Assembly (NCBI GenBank): GCA_963786255.1
Contig: CAWAYY010000049.1
Location: 109,795-173,794, forward strand
DNA length: 64,000 bases
Direction of reading: 5' to 3'
DNA from: Pirellulales bacterium
GTDB lineage: Bacteria; Planctomycetota; Planctomycetia; Pirellulales; JAICIG01
Shown here: positions 57,047 through 64,000 of the stretch, in pieces
Numbering within the stretch: position 1 is the first letter of the stretch
Layout: each line of letters opens with the position of its first letter
The notes under the pieces: model-generated
What the model saw: only the letters and a program-made list of their open reading frames with translations
Databases searched by the model: none
Told to the model about the DNA's origin: nothing
Position numbers and translations under genes: made by a program

Positions 57047-57117
57047 GTTGGCGTCGGCGGCGCCGTTGTTGCGGTTTCAGGCCTCGTTACTACCGGCCGT
57101 TTTTCGCTTGTCGGGTC

Positions 57118-58512
57118 CTACTCGAGCAGATTGTCGCCTTGCTTGACGCCGGCTTTTTCGTCGATGCTGACGGCGCCGTCGATGCCGGGCGCCAGCGTGT
57201 TGGCGGCGAGCAAGTTACCCCGGCCTTCGCCCGTCCAGCGAAGAGCGGCGCGAGCACGGGCTTCGTCCCGCGTCTCCAACACGCTCGTGCCGGTAATGCT
57301 GACTCGGTTAGACTCTTCCACGTAAATGCCGTACGGCTGGCCGTCGAGCACCTGGCAACCGCTGATGTTGATGCGCTCGCAACGTACAATCTCCAGCAAG
57401 CCCTGACGCTCGATCGGCTTGGCATTGGCCACGGTGTGCTGCCCGGCCTGGCAGTCGTGCAGAATGGCGCCGGTCAACGTGCAATCGCGACTGTCGGCCA
57501 GGCGAACTCCGGTGCACAGCTCGCGCGTGCCGTAGTCGGGGTTGTGGTCGAAGCTGTTGGGACCGATCACGATGTTCCGCGAACCGTCGAGCTGCAGGTT
57601 GCGCTGGTGGCCGCTGTAGATCACGTTGCCCGAGACGACCACGCCGCGGCAGGCGACCAGGTGCACGTTGATCTCCTGGCTGCCGATCAGGTTGTCCGAG
57701 ATGGTGAACATGCCGGCCTTGTGATTCTGCTCGGCGTTGTAGCCGACGATCCGCACGTTCGCCCCGCCGGGACTGTACTTGGCCTGGATCGTGTTGCTGA
57801 CAATCGTCCCCTCGCGTACGCTCGAGCCGTCGGCGCTGGAGTCGATCCAGATATCGGCGGAAACTTCGGCTTCCAAATCGAAGTTGTACTCGATGTCGTT
57901 GCCGGTGATCTGCAGGTTGCGGATCTCGGATCCGACGATCTTGATGCCGCCTTGCTTGCAGTAGCTGATGTGCGAGCCGACGATGATCGCCTGATGAAGA
58001 TTCAGCTTGTCGAAGAACACGCCGATGCCGCGATTGTTGTAAATGTGACAGTGCGAAACGAGCACGTTGCGCGCGCGGCCCAGGACGTGGATGCCGTGGT
58101 GCAGTTCTCGGAGCAACACGCCTTCGAATGTCGGCTGCATCGTGCCTTCGAGCAGAAATCCGCTCGCCTGGCGATGCCGGCCTTCGATCTCGATATTCAT
58201 CGCGGTCGGCATCCGCTCACGGCTCCAGATCTCGGGCTTGAAGCCCGTGGGATCGGCCGATTTCAGGTGCGTGCCGACCACATGGAACGCCGGGCCGGCG
58301 CCGGCCATCAGAATCTTGGCGGCGCCCGCCGCTCCTTGAATGCCGAAGCGGCCCGTCTCCGCCAGTTCGACTTTTACGGTGCGGGTCAGCAGGTAATCTC
58401 CCGGAGGAAAATAGAGCGTTCCATCGCCTTCCTTCAGAGCGTGTTCGATCGCCTCGGTATCGTCCGTGCGGCCGTCGCCGGCAGCGCCAAAATCGCGTAC
58501 GTCGCTCATCAT
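57118..58512 (-). CDS. Right-handed beta-helix protein (Pectate_lyase_3-like N-terminus)
   Basis: VRDFGAAGDGRTDDTEAI..A, FPPGDY, repeated I[TS]GN motifs. Confidence 0.85.
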   Translation of the reverse strand: MMSDVRDFGAAGDGRTDDTEAIEHALKEGDGTLYFPPGDYLLTRTVKVELAETGRFGIQGAAGAAKILMAGAGPAFHVVGTHLKSADPTGFKPEIWSRERMPTAMNIEIEGRHRQASGFLLEGTMQPTFEGVLLRELHHGIHVLGRARNVLVSHCHIYNNRGIGVFFDKLNLHQAIIVGSHISYCKQGGIKIVGSEIRNLQITGNDIEYNFDLEAEVSADIWIDSSADGSSVREGTIVSNTIQAKYSPGGANVRIVGYNAEQNHKAGMFTISDNLIGSQEINVHLVACRGVVVSGNVIYSGHQRNLQLDGSRNIVIGPNSFDHNPDYGTRELCTGVRLADSRDCTLTGAILHDCQAGQHTVANAKPIERQGLLEIVRCERINISGCQVLDGQPYGIYVEESNRVSITGTSVLETRDEARARAALRWTGEGRGNLLAANTLAPGIDGAVSIDEKAGVKQGDNLLE

Positions 58513-58597
58513 GATTCTCTGGAAAAAAGGACGAAAATCTCACTCAGGGTTGTACCACACGCCCCGCTCGACGCAAGCATCGCGGGGGAAGCGGGCG

Positions 58598-59497
58598 TCA
58601 ACGGCCCCGGGCAGCCGGCGCGTCTTGCGGCGACGCCTTCTCCAGACGCGCAAAAAGATCGCCCAGCAGCAGCGGTTTGGCCAGCACCGCCTCAGCGCCG
58701 GCCGATTGCCAGCGCCGCTGGTCTTCCCCGCGAGGAAAGTTGGCCAGCACGAAAATCCTGCATTGCGGAAATGCAATGGCGGCACGCTCGAGTTCCTCGG
58801 TTGATTCGCCATCGGCGGCGACATCCCAGAGCAGAAAATCAGCGCCCTGCAATGCGCCGAGGCGCTCGCGAGAGAACCAAACAGCGGCCATGCCTCGCAA
58901 GCGGCAAGCGTCGATCAGACAATGGGCCATGGCAAAGTCATCGCTGACAATCGCAGCCAGGCCTTGCTGTTTCGGCTCGTCTTGCAAAGCATTCCAGAGC
59001 AATCGCTCCTCGTCGCTGGCCGTGGCAGGCAGGCTCCAGGCAGAAGCGCGGCCGGCTTGCAAGGAGGCGATCTCGGGCAATAACCGAGTCCACTGATGCC
59101 AGTAGACCCGAATTACGCCGGGCCATGGCTTGCCGGTGCGCGTCTCGCCTTCGCACCAACTGCCGAGCAACGCGGCGAACCTCGCCAGCGGCGCCGCGGC
59201 TCGCAGGCGATCCACGTCTTCCGCGGCAATCTGTCCCGGCCGGGCTTGCGCCAAGACGATCAGCGCCGGCGGCTGTTCAGGCTCTCGGAGCCAGTCTAGA
59301 GCGGCTGCGACATCGACGCACATCGCGAGCCGGCACTGCCCGCCCAGCGTCGTTAAGGCATGTCGAAACTCGTCGTGATTGCAGGCGCCGACGAACAGCA
59401 CCAGGACGGATTCGAAAGCGCATGAGTCGGAATTCTCCCAAGGGGGGCCGGAATCCGACGCCGCCGAATTCCGTCTTCCGACTTCTGACTCGCCCAT
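58598..59497 (-). CDS. Hypothetical protein with two degenerate receiver-like modules
   Basis: ATG overlaps the upstream TGA. Contains LLGSWCEGETRTG.PWPG and LLWD...GAEAVLAKP. Confidence 0.65.
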   Translation of the reverse strand: MGESEVGRRNSAASDSGPPWENSDSCAFESVLVLFVGACNHDEFRHALTTLGGQCRLAMCVDVAAALDWLREPEQPPALIVLAQARPGQIAAEDVDRLRAAAPLARFAALLGSWCEGETRTGKPWPGVIRVYWHQWTRLLPEIASLQAGRASAWSLPATASDEERLLWNALQDEPKQQGLAAIVSDDFAMAHCLIDACRLRGMAAVWFSRERLGALQGADFLLWDVAADGESTEELERAAIAFPQCRIFVLANFPRGEDQRRWQSAGAEAVLAKPLLLGDLFARLEKASPQDAPAARGR

Positions 59498-60210
59498 CAC
59501 GTGACCAGCGCCATTTCGGCATGTTCGATGACCTCGTGCGCCGAGCGAGCGTCGGGGGCGGCGCGTAGCGAGTCCAGAAAATCGGGGGCGGCGATCAAGC
59601 GGCTCAGCCGGGCGAGCGTTTGCAAGTGGCCGCGATCGTCGGTCGAGCAGATCAAGAAAAACAGATCGGTCAACGTGCCGCGGCTGCCGCCGAACGGGAT
59701 CCCCTTGTCCGTGCGGCCTAAAGCCAGAAAGTCTTGCCCCAGAATGCTCGGCATCGGTCGCCGTGGGTGCATCAAGGCCACGCCGTTCTCCAAGGCGGTC
59801 GGATGCATGTCCTCGCGATTGCTGACCGCCTCGGCCATCTTGGGCGGATCCCACAGCCAGCCGGTCCGGGCCGCCGTCTCGACCATCTTATTGATCACCG
59901 AGTTGCGCGTCCGTGCGGCCAGAGGGATTTCGATCGCCTCGAGCGGCAGCATGGCAGCGATCGAAACTTGCTCGCCGGCGTCGGGACCGGCGGAAGCCTG
60001 CAGCACGTTTTCGACGCGGACCAACTCGTCTTCGGCGGAGAGGCCGATGCGGTCCTCCAGCCAATGGTGGATTTCCGCCTGGGAAAACCGCCACTGACCG
60101 GCGATGCGCCTCCCCGGCAACTTGTCGCGTTCCGCCAGCCGGGCGACCTGAGCAACGCTCAGGTGCAGGTAGGCGGCCAGCGAATCGAGATCGAAATCTT
60201 CTTCGGACAT
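59497..60210 (-). CDS. HTH_17 + PTS IIA (PtsN-like) fusion
   Basis: LAAYLHLS..V..LA...LPGRRIAGQWRF, then RE.MHPT...GVALMHPR (phospho-His) and HLQTLARLSR. Confidence 0.88.
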   Translation of the reverse strand: MSEEDFDLDSLAAYLHLSVAQVARLAERDKLPGRRIAGQWRFSQAEIHHWLEDRIGLSAEDELVRVENVLQASAGPDAGEQVSIAAMLPLEAIEIPLAARTRNSVINKMVETAARTGWLWDPPKMAEAVSNREDMHPTALENGVALMHPRRPMPSILGQDFLALGRTDKGIPFGGSRGTLTDLFFLICSTDDRGHLQTLARLSRLIAAPDFLDSLRAAPDARSAHEVIEHAEMALVT

Positions 60211-60287
60211 GGCCGCCATTCTCGCCCGCTGGTCTCAATTCTGTCCAGGGGAAAACAAGCCCCGAGATGCCAGAGAGTCGCGCACGC

Positions 60288-60391
60288 GTAGCGGAATCTG
60301 TGAAGATTCCGATGAGCGGCGTTGGCGTCCTGCGACCGCCTTGGCACGTTTCGTCCCGCGAGATGCACGGAACTCTCACGAGTTCCGCTAC
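60288..60391. repeat. GTAG-family REP doublet (REPIN), copy 2
   Basis: GTAG-CGGAATCT-GTGA-AGATTCCG ... CGGAACTC-TCAC-GAGTTCCG-CTAC. Confidence 0.8.
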
Positions 60392-60510
60392 AGGCTACTA
60401 CACTACACGCGCCAGAACCGCCCTATCGTCAAACTGGCGGGCTAGGTAAAATTTAAGTTTAAGCGGCAATCCAGGTCGCCGGCCAATTATCTATCCTGAG
60501 TTACTATAAG

Positions 60511-61650
60511 ATGTTGCGCTATTGGACCGCCGGCGAATCTCACGGCAAGGCGCTGTGGGCCATCATTGATGGGTTTCCGGCGGGAGTGAAAATTGAAACC
60601 GAGTCGATCGACGCCGAATTGCGGCGGCGACAAGGCGGATACGGCCGCGGCGGCCGCCAGCGAATTGAGACCGACCGGGTCGAAATCAAAAGCGGCGTCT
60701 GGCAGGACATTACTCTCGGCAGCCCGATCGGCCTGGAAGTCGTCAATAAAGATTACAAGCTCGAACGGCTTGGCGACTTGGAGCGGCCGCGCCCCGGCCA
60801 CGGCGACCTGACCGGCGCCGTCAAATACCTGGGATCGATCCGGGGCGTGCTGGAACGGGCCAGCGCCCGAGAGACGGCCGTCCGCGTGGCGGCCGGCGCC
60901 TTGGCCAAGCAGCTCTTGAGCGAGTTCGGCATCTCGGCCTTGGGCTACACCGTCGAGTTGGGCGGGATCAAGATTGAGCCGCCGCCCGGCACGCTGGCGG
61001 AACATCGCGCACTGCGCGATGCCAGCGAGATTTACTCGCTCGATCCGCAGAGCGACGCCGAAGTCAAAAAGCTGATTGACGAGTGCGGTAAAGACGGCGA
61101 CACGCTGGGCGGCGTGCTGGAAGTCCGCGTGGAAGGTTTGCCGTTCGGCCTGGGAACGCACGCGCAGTGGGACCGCAAGCTCGACGGCCGCCTCGCTCAG
61201 GCCGTGATGGCGGTGCAGGCCATCAAGGGAGTGGAAATCGGCTTGGGGTTCGAGGCCGCACGGCGCCGCGGTTCGCAGGTGCACGATCCGATCCACTATG
61301 ACGAAGCGCAGAGAGACTCGCCTTCGCTCGGTTACGTGCGTCCGACCAACAATGCAGGCGGCTTGGAAGCCGGCATGACCAACGGTCAGCCGCTGGTTAT
61401 TCGCGCCGCCAAGAAGCCGATCAGCACGCTGCGAAAGCCGCTCGATTCCATCAACCTGCAAACCAAAGAAACGGAAGCGGCCGCCTACGAGCGAAGCGAC
61501 GTGTGCGCCGTCCCGGCGGCCGGCGTGATCCTGGAGAACGTCGTGGCGTTTGAGATTGCCGCGGCCCTGATCGACAAGTTCGGGGGCGATAGCCTGGTGG
61601 AAATGCAGGCTCGCTGGAAGCTGTTCCAGGAGATGGCCCGCGAGCGATAG
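60511..61650 (+). CDS. aroC: Chorismate synthase
   Basis: TAGESHG, RPGHGD, ERASARETA, GGLEAGMTNG, KPISTL, ERSDVC. Confidence 0.98.
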   Translation: MLRYWTAGESHGKALWAIIDGFPAGVKIETESIDAELRRRQGGYGRGGRQRIETDRVEIKSGVWQDITLGSPIGLEVVNKDYKLERLGDLERPRPGHGDLTGAVKYLGSIRGVLERASARETAVRVAAGALAKQLLSEFGISALGYTVELGGIKIEPPPGTLAEHRALRDASEIYSLDPQSDAEVKKLIDECGKDGDTLGGVLEVRVEGLPFGLGTHAQWDRKLDGRLAQAVMAVQAIKGVEIGLGFEAARRRGSQVHDPIHYDEAQRDSPSLGYVRPTNNAGGLEAGMTNGQPLVIRAAKKPISTLRKPLDSINLQTKETEAAAYERSDVCAVPAAGVILENVVAFEIAAALIDKFGGDSLVEMQARWKLFQEMARER

Positions 61651-61744
61651 CCAGCGCGAGACTCGGAATTCGGAGGTCGGAAAGCACGCTTGAGCGATTA
61701 GGAATCGCTAGCCGCCTCACAATTTGTGGCACGGATGCCATTCA

Positions 61745-63052
61745 ATGTTTCATCTGCACCAGTCCGCTCGACGCCGTCTCTGCCAGGCAGGCTTTTGTCT
61801 GTTCTGTTTGCTGCCGACGGCCGTCATGTTCGGCTGGAGCGTCTCTCGCAAATTGCCGTCTCACGTGCGGCAGTGCGAGCGCGGCCTGGGCGAACAACTC
61901 GGCCTGATCGCCCGGCTGAAGTCCGTTTCGTACCCCCAGCCCGGCATGTGCCTGTTCGAAGGGCTTGAGCTGGCTGATCCCGAGACGGGAGAGCCGCTGT
62001 TTCATTGCCGGGTGCTGGAGATCAGCCGTAACGACGATGCGCTGGTGCTAGCAGCCGAACAGCCCGTGCTGCTGGCTGATCGAGCGCGGCAGCTTTGGGA
62101 TCTGCTCGGCCGTCGCCTGCGTCGGGAGTTGGTCAACCGCGAGAATGTGCTGCTGTTGCCGTGCAGCTTGACCATGCAGTCGAGCCGCGGCGAGCAGACC
62201 TATGAGGTGCTGGACGGGCGCATCGAACCCGACGAAAGCGGCGAGGCGGCGGAGCTGCGGTTCCGCGTGGCCGGCATGGAAATGTCTGAGCCGGCGCTGA
62301 TCCGCGTAGTGCGAAACCAGCGGGGCCAGGCGCCTTCAACAAAGCTGATGCTCGGCACGGGCGGCGCGGCCCTGCCATGCTCGTTGTTCGCGCCGCTGTA
62401 CGACCTGGAAGCGACTCTGGGCGGCAGGGCGACCTTTACCGGCAATCTTTGGGCGGACGATGCGCAAGCAGGTTGGGAGGCCGAGCTAGCAGGCCGCTTC
62501 CAGCAAATCGATCTCCGCAGCCTCGTTTCCGGCCGCTTTCCCCACGTGCTTGACGGCATGGCGGACGTCGAGCTGACGGGAGTGCGACTGCATCACAGCC
62601 AGCTTATTGAAGCCTATGGCAGCCTGAAGGCCGGCCCGGGCGTGATCGGCCATTCGCTGTTGCGCGCCGCCATCGAATCCCTGGATTGCACTTTGATGAG
62701 AAACGTGTCGAGCCGGACAGCGCGCGGCTCGGAACTGTACCAGCAGTTGGCTCTGCAGTTCGCTATCAACAGCGAGGGGCTGCTGGTGGCGGGCGATTGC
62801 GAAGGTCAGACTACTGGCGTGTTGCTGGCTGACAGCAACGGCTCCCTGTTGGCCAAACTGCCCGATCGCCCGCAACCGGTCGTGGACCTGGTCCGCATGC
62901 TTGTGCCCGTCAGCGAAACGCTGGTTCCGGCCACCAACGAGACGTCCCGGCTGATCCCCTGGCTGCCGACGCCCCCTATTGTTCCGCCTCGCAAGGCAGA
63001 TGGTTCGCAACCGCCGCCGAGGGTTCATGCGCGCGTCCGCGAGGCGGAGTGA
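61745..63052 (+). CDS. Hypothetical membrane-anchored protein (beta-rich, AsmA-like?)
   Basis: One N-terminal TM helix; intact ORF with coding-like composition. Confidence 0.65.
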   Translation: MFHLHQSARRRLCQAGFCLFCLLPTAVMFGWSVSRKLPSHVRQCERGLGEQLGLIARLKSVSYPQPGMCLFEGLELADPETGEPLFHCRVLEISRNDDALVLAAEQPVLLADRARQLWDLLGRRLRRELVNRENVLLLPCSLTMQSSRGEQTYEVLDGRIEPDESGEAAELRFRVAGMEMSEPALIRVVRNQRGQAPSTKLMLGTGGAALPCSLFAPLYDLEATLGGRATFTGNLWADDAQAGWEAELAGRFQQIDLRSLVSGRFPHVLDGMADVELTGVRLHHSQLIEAYGSLKAGPGVIGHSLLRAAIESLDCTLMRNVSSRTARGSELYQQLALQFAINSEGLLVAGDCEGQTTGVLLADSNGSLLAKLPDRPQPVVDLVRMLVPVSETLVPATNETSRLIPWLPTPPIVPPRKADGSQPPPRVHARVREAE

Positions 63053-63106
63053 AGCGTGAATAGCAGGCAGGGCCCCCTGGCGGCGTCACTCGCACGGGCA
63101 CTGACG

Positions 63107-63136
63107 TTGACATGCCTTCGCGGCGCGGGGTACAGT
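63107..63136 (+). promoter_or_regulatory. Candidate sigma70 promoter
   Basis: TTGACA-N18-TACAGT about 50 bp upstream of the E1-alpha gene. Confidence 0.55.
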
Positions 63137-63188
63137 CCGCTGCCCTGCGTGCAAGAAACGCCCATCCGCACCGCTTGATGGAAGTCCC

Positions 63189-64000
63189 GTGCAGAAAGAA
63201 CTGACTCGCCGGCTTTACCGGTCGATGTTGCGCATCCGGCTGATTGAAGAAGGCATCGCCGCGCACTATGCCGAACAGCAGATGCGCTGTCCGGTACACC
63301 TGTGCATCGGCCAGGAAGCGGTTGCCGCGGCGGTTTGCGAGCGGCTGGACCGCGACGACCAGGCGTTGAGCACTCATCGGGCTCACGGCCACTATCTGGC
63401 CAAAGGGGGCGATCTACGCGCCATGCTGGCGGAGATGCACGGCAAGGCTACGGGTTGCGCCAGCGGCATGGGCGGCTCGATGCACTTGATCGACTTGGAA
63501 GCCGGTTTTCTGGGGGCGGCGCCGATCGTCGGCAGCACAATCCCCATCGCAGTAGGCGTTGCCTTCGGCGTACACATGCGACGCGAGCGCCGGGTCGTGG
63601 TCGCCTTCTTCGGGGAAGGCGCGACCGAAGAGGGCGCGTTTCACGAGGCGCTCGACTTTGCGGCTTTGAAGCGGCTGCCGGTCCTGTTTGTCTGCGAGAA
63701 CAATCTTTATTCCGTCTACTCGCCGCTTGCCGTCCGGCAGTCCCAAGGGCGAAGGGTTCACCGCCTGGCTCAGGCTCACTGGCGTCCCAGGGCTGGAAGG
63801 CGACGGCAACGACGTCGCTGAAGTACACGGCCTGGCCGGAGAAGCCTTGGGCCGCATCCGCGCTGGCGGCGGCCCGGCCTTGTTGGAGTTACACACGTAT
63901 CGTTGGCGCGAGCATTGCGGCCCCAACTACGACAACAGCCTGGGCTACCGCACGGAACAAGAATTCCTGGATTGGCGAAAACACTGCCCTCTCGAGCGAT
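63189..64000 (+). CDS. TPP-dependent dehydrogenase E1 alpha subunit (partial; indel near 63780)
   Basis: HLCIGQEA, STHRAHGH, GMGGSMH, TPP motif FGEGA...ENN, TYRWREHCGP. Confidence 0.92.

Overview
High-GC bacterial DNA that is almost certainly from a Planctomycetota genome (Pirellulales-like). The evidence is three DUF1501 genes, a DUF1549/DUF1553 gene, a DUF1559 gene, LExR-motif secreted proteins and a planctomycete-type Ser/Thr kinase. About 45 genes are present. Many are broken by single-base indels, including the essential gene der, mostly between 1 and 46 kb. This points to uncorrected long-read errors rather than true pseudogenes. Housekeeping genes are der, ald, a family-4 uracil-DNA glycosylase, aroC, the prkA-yeaH-spoVR operon and a partial TPP-dependent E1-alpha. 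The best accessory candidates are: (1) a secreted EF-hand protein / YHYH protein / animal-type haem peroxidase cluster followed by an OmpR-type two-component system, with an OmpR-like direct repeat upstream; (2) an overlapping Pnk-like kinase + Thg1-like 3'-5' polymerase pair (RNA 5'-end repair) beside relics of Mrr and VapBC; (3) a four-gene amide-cleavage operon (NHL/PAL-like, SelA/DgaE-like, Ntn acylase, DMFase-beta-like); (4) a RedB/RedC-like redox sensor pair divergent from a REC-GGDEF-CBS cyclase; (5) a Tat-exported SELENBP1/methanethiol-oxidase homologue missed by the ORF track. Non-coding structure includes two GTAG-type REP doublets, a ~225-bp nested palindrome with a perfect 25-bp stem, and a 6S-like rod upstream of der. 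I found no tRNA, rRNA, CRISPR array or intact transposase. All family calls come from motif recognition by eye; no database searches were run.
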